From contig JAFWXX010000044.1 of the NCBI GenBank assembly GCA_017522915.1, forward strand, positions 1,363 through 65,362: DNA of 64,000 nucleotides, given 5' to 3'. Positions 54,201-62,929 of the stretch are shown here, in pieces; the first letter of the stretch is position 1; every line of letters starts with the position of its first letter. This DNA is from Bacteroidaceae bacterium. GTDB taxonomy: Bacteria > Bacteroidota > Bacteroidia > Bacteroidales > Bacteroidaceae. Under the pieces are notes generated by a model. That model worked only from the letters and a program-made list of their open reading frames with translations. It was not told the origin of the DNA and did not search any database. The position numbers were made by a program, and so were the translations under genes.

Positions 54201-55907
54201 ATGCAGAAGAGAATCATCGAGTGCGTTCCCAATTTCTCTGAGGGGCGCGATATGGAGGTCATCAAACAGATAACCAATGCAATAGAGTCCGTAAAAGGCG
54301 TAAAACTGCTGGATGTTGACCCAGGTGAAGCGACAAACCGCACTGTAATAACGTTCGTAGGTGAGCCGGAGGCTGTTGCCGATGCGGCTGTTGCATCAAT
54401 CAAGCGTGCTACGGAGCTTATCGATATGCGATTGCATAAAGGAGCGCATCCCCGCATGGGTGCATGCGACGTCTGTCCGCTGATACCGGTTTCAGGCATT
54501 ACAATGGATGAGTGTGCTGAGCTTGCACGTGCCTTGGCAAAGCGTATAGCTGACGAGCTTGCAGTGCCGACATATTGCTACGAGGCAGCGGCGTTCAAGC
54601 CCGAACGCCGTAATCTTGCAGTGTGCCGTGAGGGTGAATATGAGGCCCTTCCCGAAAAGATGGCAAACGAGGATAAGCGTCCCGACTTCGGAGCACGTGC
54701 CTACGACGAAGGCATTGCCCGTACCGGAGCTACTGCCGTCGGCGCACGTGATTTTCTTGTTGCTGTAAACTATAACCTCAACACGACATCTACAAGACGT
54801 GCCAATGCCATTGCTTTCGATGTTCGTGAAAAAGGCCGTCCGAAGCGCGAGGGTAATCCCATTACCGGCAAGATTATAAAGGATGAGAACGGAGAGCCGG
54901 TAATGATACCCGGTACACTCAAGGCGTGCAAGGCTATAGGCTGGTTCATAGAGGAGTATGGCATAGCTCAGGTCTCAATGAACATGACGAACCTCTCCGT
55001 TACTCCGTTGCATGTAGCTTTCGACGAGGTGTGCCGTGCTGCCGATGCGCGTGGCGTGCGCGTTACAGGAACAGAGATTGTAGGCCTTGTCCCGAAGAAG
55101 ACGCTTGTGGATGCCGGACGTCATTTCCTTCTTAAGCAGCACCGTTCGACGGGCCTTCCCGAAAGGGAGCTTGTGCGCATAGCGATAGAGAGCATGGGAC
55201 TTTCGAACCTCAAGGAGTTCAAGCCCGAAGAGAAGGTCGTGGAATATATCCTTGAGGCCGAGGAGCAGAAGAGCGTTAAGAAACTTGTAGATATGACATG
55301 TGCTGCATTTGCCGAGGAGACAGCGAGCGAATCGCCGGCTCCGGGCGGAGGCTCTATTTCGGCATACATGGGTGCTCTTGCCGCAGCTCTCGGCACAATG
55401 GTTGCCAATCTCTCTTCGCACAAGGCTGGTTGGGACGACCGTTGGGAATTCTTCTCATGCTGGGCCGAAAAGGGCATGGCTGTAATGAACGAGCTCCTTG
55501 CCCTTGTCGATGAGGATACCGCCGCGTTCAACAGAATCATGGACGTGTTCGGCATGCCGAAGGGCACAGCCGAGGAGAAGGCTGCACGTGCGGCAGCCAT
55601 GGAGGTGGCTACTCTTTATGCTACGGAAGTGCCGCTACGCACGATGAAGGCTGCGTACAAGGCGTTTGAGGTTGTACGTGCAATGGCCGTAGAGGGCAAT
55701 CCGAATTCGGTATCCGATGCCGGTGTGGGCGCATTGGCTGCACGTTCGGCAGTGATGGGTGCATGCCTTAATGTAAGGATAAATGCGGCCGGTCTCAAGG
55801 ACAGGGCTGCTGCCGAAAGGCTTGTGAACGAGGCTATGGAGATACAGGCTCTTGCACAGCAGGCCGAAAAGGAGATTCTTGCAATCGTTGACAGCAAGAT
55901 TGACTGA
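54201..55907 (+). CDS. ftcD: bifunctional glutamate formimidoyltransferase / formimidoyltetrahydrofolate cyclodeaminase
   Basis: 568 aa. N-terminal IIECVPNFSEGRD motif. C-terminal cyclodeaminase-type SESPAPGGGSISAYMGALAAALGTMVANLS. Confidence 0.9.
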   Translation: MQKRIIECVPNFSEGRDMEVIKQITNAIESVKGVKLLDVDPGEATNRTVITFVGEPEAVADAAVASIKRATELIDMRLHKGAHPRMGACDVCPLIPVSGITMDECAELARALAKRIADELAVPTYCYEAAAFKPERRNLAVCREGEYEALPEKMANEDKRPDFGARAYDEGIARTGATAVGARDFLVAVNYNLNTTSTRRANAIAFDVREKGRPKREGNPITGKIIKDENGEPVMIPGTLKACKAIGWFIEEYGIAQVSMNMTNLSVTPLHVAFDEVCRAADARGVRVTGTEIVGLVPKKTLVDAGRHFLLKQHRSTGLPERELVRIAIESMGLSNLKEFKPEEKVVEYILEAEEQKSVKKLVDMTCAAFAEETASESPAPGGGSISAYMGALAAALGTMVANLSSHKAGWDDRWEFFSCWAEKGMAVMNELLALVDEDTAAFNRIMDVFGMPKGTAEEKAARAAAMEVATLYATEVPLRTMKAAYKAFEVVRAMAVEGNPNSVSDAGVGALAARSAVMGACLNVRINAAGLKDRAAAERLVNEAMEIQALAQQAEKEILAIVDSKID

Positions 55908-55928
55908 AACAGACAAAACTATAATATA

Positions 55929-57944
55929 ATGACGGATTTTCAAAAGGAGATACTTGCAGGAATACCCGATGTGTTGCCTGCAAGAAGAGAATATGACAAG
56001 AGTGCCAACCATGCGCCTAAGCGCAAGGATATTCTTACCGACAAAGAGAAGAAGCTCGCATTGGCGAATGCATTGCGTTACTTTCCGCAGAAACATCATG
56101 CCGAGCTTGCTCCGGAGTTTCTCGATGAGCTGAAGAGATACGGCCGCATATACATGTACCGTTTGCGCCCTGCATACGAGATGCATGCGCGTGCCATAGA
56201 CGAGTATCCGGCACGTTCGCGCCAGGCGGCTGCGATAATGCTCATGATACAGAACAACCTCGACAAGGCTGTTGCCCAGCACCCCCATGAGCTCATTACA
56301 TACGGCGGAAACGGTGCGGTGTTCCAGAACTGGGCGCAGTACCGCTTGGCAATGAAGTACCTTGCCGAGATGACCGTCGAGCAGACTCTGGTTATGTATT
56401 CTGGTCATCCGCTCGGTCTCTTCCCCTCCCATAAGGATGCTCCGCGCGTGATAGTCACGAACGGAATGGTAATCCCTAACCACTCGTCGCAGGATGATTG
56501 GGAGCGCTTCAATGCTATGGGAGTATCGCAGTACGGCCAGATGACAGCCGGTTCCTACATGTACATAGGCCCTCAGGGTATTGTGCATGGCACTACCATT
56601 ACCGTGATGAATGCAGCTCGCAAGCGCATGAAACCTGGGCAAAGCGACCTCAAGGGTATGCTTTTCGTTACTGCAGGTCTCGGCGGAATGTCGGGCGCGC
56701 AGCCTAAGGCCGGAAACATTTCGGGCGTGGTAAGCATTACGGCCGAGATAAACATAGCCGCAGCCGAGAAGCGTTACAACCAGGGTTGGGTAGATGAACT
56801 GCACACTTCGCTCGATGAGCTCATTCCGCGTGTAAGGAGTGCCGTTGAGAACAAGGAGGTGGTTTCATTCGCCTATGTAGGCAATGTGGTGGATCTTTGG
56901 GAACGTCTTGCCGATGAGGGCATGAATGTCGATTTGGGTTCCGACCAGACTTCTCTCCACAATCCGTGGGCAGGAGGCTACTACCCGGTGGGGTACAGCT
57001 ACGAGGAGTCGAACCGCATGATGGCCGAGGAGCCTGAGCGTTTCCGCGAGTGCGTACGCGAGTCGTTGCGCCGTCACGTTGCGGCAATAAACAGGCTGAC
57101 AGCGCGCGGCATGTACTTCTTCGACTACGGAAATGCATTCCTGCTTGAGTCGTCGCGTGCCGGTGCCGATATTATGGCTGCCGACGGCAAGTTCCGCTAT
57201 CCGTCATACGTTCAGGATATCATGGGCCCTATGTTCTTCGATTACGGCTTCGGCCCGTTCCGTTGGGTATGTACATCGGGCAAGGAAGAGGACCTCGAAG
57301 TGACCGACCGTTTGGCGGCAGAGGTGCTTGAGGATATGCTCAAGGATGCTCCGGCCGAAATACGCGGACAGCTTGAGGATAACCTGCACTGGATACGCGA
57401 GGCAAAGCAGAACAGGCTTGTCGTAGGCTCACAGGCCCGTATCCTCTATGCCGATTCCGAGGGCCGCACGCGCATTGCATTGGCATTCAACGAGGCTATA
57501 GCAAGGGGTGAGATTTCGGCTCCCGTTGTGCTGGGCCGCGACCACCACGACGTGTCGGGAACCGATTCGCCTTACCGCGAGACATCGAATATCTACGACG
57601 GTTCGCAGTTCTGTGCAGACATGGCGGTACACAATGTCATAGGCGACTCCTTCAGAGGTGCTACATGGGTGTCGATACACAACGGCGGCGGTGTAGGCTG
57701 GGGCGAAGTCATGAACGGCGGCTTCGGCATGGTGATAGACGGTTCCGACGATTCGGCACGCCACATTGAGGAGATGCTTCTCTGGGATGTGAACAACGGT
57801 ATCGCACGCCGCAGCTGGGCGCGCAACGAGGGCGCGATGTTCGCAATAAAGCGTCAGATGGAGCGCACTCCGCTGCTTAAGGTCACATTGCCTAATTTGG
57901 CCGACAAGGAACTTATAGATAAGGTATTCAATGAAAATAATTAA
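55929..57944 (+). CDS. hutU: urocanate hydratase
   Basis: 671 aa. Urocanase motifs (LITYGGNG, TAGLGGMSGAQP, GRDHHDVSGTDSPYRETSN). Confidence 0.95.
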   Translation: MTDFQKEILAGIPDVLPARREYDKSANHAPKRKDILTDKEKKLALANALRYFPQKHHAELAPEFLDELKRYGRIYMYRLRPAYEMHARAIDEYPARSRQAAAIMLMIQNNLDKAVAQHPHELITYGGNGAVFQNWAQYRLAMKYLAEMTVEQTLVMYSGHPLGLFPSHKDAPRVIVTNGMVIPNHSSQDDWERFNAMGVSQYGQMTAGSYMYIGPQGIVHGTTITVMNAARKRMKPGQSDLKGMLFVTAGLGGMSGAQPKAGNISGVVSITAEINIAAAEKRYNQGWVDELHTSLDELIPRVRSAVENKEVVSFAYVGNVVDLWERLADEGMNVDLGSDQTSLHNPWAGGYYPVGYSYEESNRMMAEEPERFRECVRESLRRHVAAINRLTARGMYFFDYGNAFLLESSRAGADIMAADGKFRYPSYVQDIMGPMFFDYGFGPFRWVCTSGKEEDLEVTDRLAAEVLEDMLKDAPAEIRGQLEDNLHWIREAKQNRLVVGSQARILYADSEGRTRIALAFNEAIARGEISAPVVLGRDHHDVSGTDSPYRETSNIYDGSQFCADMAVHNVIGDSFRGATWVSIHNGGGVGWGEVMNGGFGMVIDGSDDSARHIEEMLLWDVNNGIARRSWARNEGAMFAIKRQMERTPLLKVTLPNLADKELIDKVFNENN

Positions 57945-57979
57945 GTAACTGTCCGAACAAAATAAAATACAAAGCAACT

Positions 57980-59470
57980 ATGATTCATTACATAAGTGCA
58001 GAACACCTTACAATTGCAAGGATTGAAGAGATACTGACAAAAGGTTACAAGCTGGCTTTGAGCGACGATGCAAAGAAGCGTATCGTGCATTGCCGTGAGT
58101 ACCTCGACAGGAAAATGGAAGATACCGAACGTCCGATATACGGCGTTACGACAGGCTTCGGTTCTCTGTGCAACATTTCAATAAGCAAGGAGAACCTTTC
58201 CCGGCTGCAGAAGAACCTGATGATGTCGCATGCATGCGGAACAGGGGCAAGGGTGCCTTCGGAAATCGCACGCCTTATGATTCTTCTAAAGGTGCAGTCG
58301 TTGTCGTACGGTCATTCGGGCGTGCAGCTCGTTACGGTAGAGCGTCTTGTCGATATGTTCAACAACAATATTGTCCCGGTTGTATATGAGCAGGGCTCGT
58401 TAGGAGCATCGGGCGACCTCTCTCCGCTTGCACACATGTGCCTGCCCTTGCTTGGCCTGGGCGAAGTTGAGATTGACGGTGAAGTGATCTCAGGCGAGGC
58501 GATGATGCAGAAGATGGGCTGGGAGCCGATTGCTCTCTGCTCGAAGGAAGGTCTTGCTCTGCTCAACGGAACGCAGTTCATGTCGGCATACGGCGTGTAT
58601 TCGATAATCAATGCAAGGCGTCTGAGCCGCTGGGCCGACCATATCGGTGCAATGTCGCTCGATGCCTTTGACGGCCGCATGGAACCGTTCGAGCATAACG
58701 TGCATGCAATACGCCCGCACAACGGCCAGATAGAGACAGCAAAGGCAATACGCGGAATACTGGAGGGCAGCGAAATCGCAAGGCAGCCCAAGAAGCATGT
58801 CCAGGACCCGTACTCTTTCCGCTGCATGCCCCAGGTGCACGGCGCATCGAAAGATACCTTGGCCTATGTCGCAAGCGTGCTTGAAACCGAGGTGAACTCG
58901 GCTACGGACAATCCTACGGTTTTCCCCGATACCGATGAGGTTATCTCTGCCGGCAACTTCCACGGGCAGCCGATAGCTCTTGCTATGGATTTCCTTGCCA
59001 TTGCAATGGCCGAGCTCGGAAACATATCGGAACGCCGTATATACAAGATTATATCCGGCGCGCGCAACCTGCCGAATTTCCTCGTTGCCAATCCGGGCCT
59101 AAACAGCGGCTTCATGATTCCGCAATACACTGCTGCATCTGTCGTCAGCCAGTCGAAAGGCCTTTGCTGGCCCGCTTCGTGCGACTCCATTCCTTCGTCG
59201 CAGGGCCAGGAAGACCATGTAAGCATGGGCTCGAATGCAGCGACAAAACTCTGGAAAGTGGTGCAGAATACCGAACGCGTGCTTGCCATCGAGCTTATGA
59301 ATGCGGCACAGGCATTGGAATTCCGCCGTCCGCTCCGTTCATCGGCTGCTGTAGAGGCAATGTTCGAAGCCTACCGCAAGGTTGTGCCTTTCGTTGAGAA
59401 CGACACAGTAATGTTCCCTCATATAGCATCATCGGTCAAATTCCTGAACGAATATGAGCTTGCTCGTTAA
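57980..59470 (+). CDS. hutH: histidine ammonia-lyase
   Basis: 496 aa. MIO-forming ASG triad in SLGASGDLSPLAH. Sits in a hut operon. Confidence 0.94.
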   Translation: MIHYISAEHLTIARIEEILTKGYKLALSDDAKKRIVHCREYLDRKMEDTERPIYGVTTGFGSLCNISISKENLSRLQKNLMMSHACGTGARVPSEIARLMILLKVQSLSYGHSGVQLVTVERLVDMFNNNIVPVVYEQGSLGASGDLSPLAHMCLPLLGLGEVEIDGEVISGEAMMQKMGWEPIALCSKEGLALLNGTQFMSAYGVYSIINARRLSRWADHIGAMSLDAFDGRMEPFEHNVHAIRPHNGQIETAKAIRGILEGSEIARQPKKHVQDPYSFRCMPQVHGASKDTLAYVASVLETEVNSATDNPTVFPDTDEVISAGNFHGQPIALAMDFLAIAMAELGNISERRIYKIISGARNLPNFLVANPGLNSGFMIPQYTAASVVSQSKGLCWPASCDSIPSSQGQEDHVSMGSNAATKLWKVVQNTERVLAIELMNAAQALEFRRPLRSSAAVEAMFEAYRKVVPFVENDTVMFPHIASSVKFLNEYELAR

Positions 59471-60692
59471 GAATATAGGCACTATTGTCGGCGTTGACGA
59501 GAGCGGCCGCAGCCGTGTCGCCGGCAAGGATATGGACCATGTAGGAACCGTCAGCAATGCATGGCTGCTTACCGACGGCACGCGTATAAAGGATTACGGC
59601 AGCATGGATAAGCTCCCCGAAGCAGCCGGGTGCGATGTCATTGATGCCGGCGGTGGCTGGCTCTTCCCCTCGTTCTGCGACTCGCATACGCATATAGTAT
59701 ATGCCGGCAGCCGTGAACAGGAGTTCCTCGACAAGATAAACGGCCTTTCTTACGAAGAGATAGCAAAGCGCGGAGGCGGAATCCTTAATTCGGCCGACCG
59801 CCTGCATAGCACCTCCGAAGATGAACTCTATCGTCAGGCAATGGAACGCATCGGCGAGATTGTTTCCATGGGTACAGGCCTTGTGGAAATCAAGTCGGGC
59901 TATGGCCTAACCCTCGAAGACGAACTTAAGATACTGCGTGTCATACGCCGTATAAAGGAGAACGCACCGCTTGAGGTGCGTGCCACGTTCTTGGGAGCGC
60001 ACGCTGTTGGCCGTGCGTATAAAGGACGGCAAGCCGAATATGTAGAGCATGTATGCAACGATATGATTCCGGCTGTCGCAAAGGAGGGCCTTGCCGAGTA
60101 TGTCGATGTCTTCTGCGATAGAGGATTCTTTACCGTAGAGGAGACGGCAAAGATAATCGAGACCGGAGCAAGATACGGACTCCGTGCAAAAATACATGCC
60201 AACGAGCTTGCTGTTTCGGGCGGTGTTGAGGTTGGTGTGGAGCATGGCGCGCTGTCGGTTGACCACCTGGAATCAATGGGCGATGAGCAGATAGAGGCAC
60301 TTGGTGGAAGCGAGACAATGCCGACGATGCTTCCGGGCTGTGCCTTCTTCCTGGGCATAGGCTATCCGCCGGCACGCAGGATGATTGATGCCGGCTTGGC
60401 TGTAGCTCTGGCCTCGGACTATAACCCCGGAACAGCACCATCGGGCAACATGAGGTTTGTGGTCTCTTTGGCAAGCATCAAGATGAAGATGACACCGGCC
60501 GAGGCACTCAATGCTGCAACTCTCAACAGTGCATGTGCCATGGGCGAGAGCAAGGACTTCGGCTCGATAACACGCGGCAAGGTCGCCAATTTCTATATAA
60601 CAAAGCCGCTCCCGTCGCTCGCATTCCTGCCATACGCGCACCAGACACCGGTAATAGAGCAGATAGTGCTGAAAGGCAAGGTGGTGAGGTAA
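59454..60692 (+). CDS. hutI: imidazolonepropionase
   Basis: 412 aa. Amidohydrolase metal motif FCDSHTHIVY and the later HANEL / ASDYNPG motifs. 17-nt overlap with hutH. Confidence 0.93.
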   Translation: MSLLVKNIGTIVGVDESGRSRVAGKDMDHVGTVSNAWLLTDGTRIKDYGSMDKLPEAAGCDVIDAGGGWLFPSFCDSHTHIVYAGSREQEFLDKINGLSYEEIAKRGGGILNSADRLHSTSEDELYRQAMERIGEIVSMGTGLVEIKSGYGLTLEDELKILRVIRRIKENAPLEVRATFLGAHAVGRAYKGRQAEYVEHVCNDMIPAVAKEGLAEYVDVFCDRGFFTVEETAKIIETGARYGLRAKIHANELAVSGGVEVGVEHGALSVDHLESMGDEQIEALGGSETMPTMLPGCAFFLGIGYPPARRMIDAGLAVALASDYNPGTAPSGNMRFVVSLASIKMKMTPAEALNAATLNSACAMGESKDFGSITRGKVANFYITKPLPSLAFLPYAHQTPVIEQIVLKGKVVR

Positions 60693-60841
60693 CTCATAGT
60701 GTCGCATATCTCAAAAGCTTGGAAAGTCGGTGAAGCTGTAAATTTCAATTATCCTCAATGAAATTCCATCAAGATATGGCGGAATTATCATTGGGGATTT
60801 TCATTTTTTACTGATGGCCATCTTATTTGGCTAACTTTTGC

Positions 60842-60849
60842 TACTTTTG
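60842..60849 (+). promoter_or_regulatory. -7 promoter box (TAnnTTTG)
   Basis: TACTTTTG 19 nt upstream of ATG 60868. This argues against the TTG 60838 start in the ORF track. Confidence 0.4.
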
Positions 60850-60867
60850 CATCTGAATAATATAAAT

Positions 60868-62352
60868 ATGGTTGAACATATGACTAAAGAAGAACTTAAA
60901 GAAAGGATAGCAGATTTGGAGTGGGAGGACTTTGAAGCAAAGACTGCTAAAAATGAATTGCCCAAAGATATTTGGGAAAGTGTCAGTTCTTTCTCCAATT
61001 GCTATGGTGGTTGGATAGTTCTTGGTGTGAAGCAAGAGGGTAAAAAGTTCTCCATTCAGGGTGTGGATAATATAGAAAAATTGGAGCAAGACTTTTTCAG
61101 CACATTAAGGTCGCAGAAATTCAATGCACAATTGATTGCTCAGCCAAAGAGATATATTATTGATGACAAGAAACTTTTAGCATTTTATATACCTGCATCA
61201 AAAATCAAACCCATCTATTACAATGTACCTTCAAATACATTTATACGAATGGGAAGCGGTGACCAGAGAGCAACAGAAGCGGAAATAAATGCAATGTTCA
61301 GAGACCAATCATTTGGAATAAAAACAGAACAGTTTATTCCTACAAGCAATTTTGATATGGTCAACAGTGATTCATTGCAGTCATATAGAAGCTATGTGAA
61401 AACGTATAATCCAGATAGAGCATATCCAGAGTTGGATGATGCTTCTTTCTGCAACAAGATTAAATTCTTGAACGATAACGGCGAAATTTCCTATTCGTGT
61501 CTCTTGATGTTTGGCAAAGGCGAGTATGTCCAGCAATTTGTACCAACTTTTGCATTAAGTTATCTTGAGATACCTGGCATAGATGTTGCCAGTGCCAAGC
61601 AGCGTTATACCTATAAATTACCTGAACAAGACAATATCTGGGAATCATATTTAATCATTATGAGACGACTGCAAACCGTTGTAAATGTGCCTTTTGGCAA
61701 GATAAATCACCTAGGCGTTGCAGAGCACGATACATCGATGTCTGATATTGTCAGAGAGGCCTTTGTGAACTTCTGTCAGCATACCGATTTCTTTAGCCCT
61801 CTCAGATCTTCGATACATGTTTTTCTGAATCGCATAGAGTTCTTGAATGCAGGAAGTTTTCCAGTAGCATTAAACAAGATGGTTGGCAAGTTCTTCTCTA
61901 TGGCAAGAAATCCAGGTATCTCAAAAATGTTCCGTTGGGCTGATTTGTGTGAGAACGAAGGGTTCGGTATGGATGAATTGCTATCGTGGCAAAAGATTAC
62001 CAACTCAAAGGTTGATATAGAAAGTGAAAGAGAATTTTCGAGAATAATATTATATCTCCCTGAAAATGGCGCGAATCTTGGCGCGAATGAGGCTCAAACC
62101 GTACAGGATGGCGCGAATCTTGGCGCGAATGAGGCTCAAACCGTACAGGATGGCGCGAATCTCAGCGCGAACAAGCAACACATATTACATGCAATTCAGA
62201 TTGACAATACACTGTCTGTCCTTAAACTTCAAGTTCTAACCAATATTCCACTACGAACCTTACAACGAGAAATAAATGAACTGATTGCACTTGGGGTACT
62301 CGATAAAGGAGGAACAAGAAAAAATATTATTTGGACTATAAAGAACATATAA
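60868..62352 (+). CDS. AlbA_2 (Schlafen-like) DNA-binding domain / ATPase-like / winged-helix putative regulator (often mis-annotated as RecG-like)
   Basis: N-terminus EWEDFEAKTAKNELPKDIWESVSSFSNCYGGWIVLGV fits the AlbA_2 pattern. C-terminal wHTH-like LQVLTNIPLRTLQREINELIALGVLDKGG. Low GC by eye. Confidence 0.7.
   Translation: MVEHMTKEELKERIADLEWEDFEAKTAKNELPKDIWESVSSFSNCYGGWIVLGVKQEGKKFSIQGVDNIEKLEQDFFSTLRSQKFNAQLIAQPKRYIIDDKKLLAFYIPASKIKPIYYNVPSNTFIRMGSGDQRATEAEINAMFRDQSFGIKTEQFIPTSNFDMVNSDSLQSYRSYVKTYNPDRAYPELDDASFCNKIKFLNDNGEISYSCLLMFGKGEYVQQFVPTFALSYLEIPGIDVASAKQRYTYKLPEQDNIWESYLIIMRRLQTVVNVPFGKINHLGVAEHDTSMSDIVREAFVNFCQHTDFFSPLRSSIHVFLNRIEFLNAGSFPVALNKMVGKFFSMARNPGISKMFRWADLCENEGFGMDELLSWQKITNSKVDIESEREFSRIILYLPENGANLGANEAQTVQDGANLGANEAQTVQDGANLSANKQHILHAIQIDNTLSVLKLQVLTNIPLRTLQREINELIALGVLDKGGTRKNIIWTIKNI
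62068..62172 (+). repeat. in-frame 42-bp tandem repeat (2.5 copies) inside the AlbA_2 gene
   Basis: GGCGCGAATCTTGGCGCGAATGAGGCTCAAACCGTACAGGAT x2 are identical (62068-62109, 62110-62151), with a partial third copy. Encodes GANLGANEAQTVQD. Confidence 0.95.
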
Positions 62353-62455
62353 AAGCAACCAAGTGCCGAGTGAAAGTAACCAAATCGTTCTAAACTGTAG
62401 AAACTGTAAGAAAACTCAAAAAAATAAAAGTTTGCACTAAACCCAAACAAACAGA

Positions 62456-62496
62456 ACCCGTCAGCATCCCGTAGAACTGCTGGCGGGTCGCTTTTA
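62456..62496. terminator. hairpin with flanking T-rich tracts on both strands (possible bidirectional terminator)
   Basis: ACCCGTCAGCA/TGCTGGCGGGT 11-bp stem (one G-U pair), 11-nt loop, then CGCTTTTA. The minus strand reads TTCTGTTTGTTTGGGTTT after the stem. Confidence 0.45.
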
Positions 62497-62539
62497 TAAT
62501 TGCGGGTCACAGCACAGATATATTACAATATGTTATTTA

Positions 62540-62821
62540 TTATTTTCTCAAAACTTTTAGCGACAACATCTTCAATTGGTTGCCCGTTAAAGTATCTGCA
62601 TCAGATATGGCTATATCAATGTCTTCCGAAAAGCGATTTCCAATTTTATAAGCCTTTGATAAAGATGTACCACCCTTAAAAATGGCCTTCTCCGCATTGG
62701 AGTTCTGCACCATCAATTTAAGGGAACGGGTTATCCAATAATCCTTCTCGATATAGACCGGGCGTATATCCAAATACTCAGATGCTGCAAGGACGGCTGT
62801 GTTAAGTGGTGAAATATATTT
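62540..62821 (-). pseudogene. remnant of AbiEii/AbiGii-type nucleotidyltransferase toxin gene (N-terminal ~95 aa only)
   Basis: YIEKDYWITRSL ... FKGGTSLSKAY..RFSEDIDI are hallmark N-terminal motifs of the family. No proper start: the only upstream ATG lies inside the tRNA-like element. Premature end compared with full-length proteins of this family (several hundred residues as I recall them). No AbiEi partner. Confidence 0.65.
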
Positions 62822-62826
62822 TTGTG

Positions 62827-62910
62827 TGCCGATGGCAGGATTCAAACCTGCATCTCCCATACTCGTTCACGTGCATGATGTATAGTTGTTCTATATTGAA
62901 CTACACCGGC
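62827..62910 (-). other. tRNA-like element / probable tRNA pseudogene
   Basis: Minus strand: GCCGGTG-TA-GTTC-AATATA-GAAC ... CTATAC-(17 nt)-GTATGG-GAGAT-GCAGG-TTTGAAT-CCTGC-CATCGGC-A. Acceptor and T stems are complementary. No 5+7+5 anticodon arm. The D loop lacks GG and the T loop has U instead of C56. Confidence 0.55.
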
Positions 62911-62929
62911 TGAGCTGAATGAAGAACTG

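Noticed and set aside
60813-60818. A direct repeat of the tRNA-like 3' end (CCGATGGCAGG) at the hutI-proximal edge of the low-GC islet, as an attL/attR pair.
   Set aside because: Only a 6-nt match (GATGGC) was found by eye near 60813, which is not significant. The island boundaries therefore remain undefined.
62068-62172. The 42-bp tandem repeat as a non-coding VNTR or mini-CRISPR.
   Set aside because: It is in frame (14 codons per unit) within a continuous ORF that has recognisable domains on both sides. Short reiterated peptide linkers ahead of the wHTH are something I recall seeing in this protein family.
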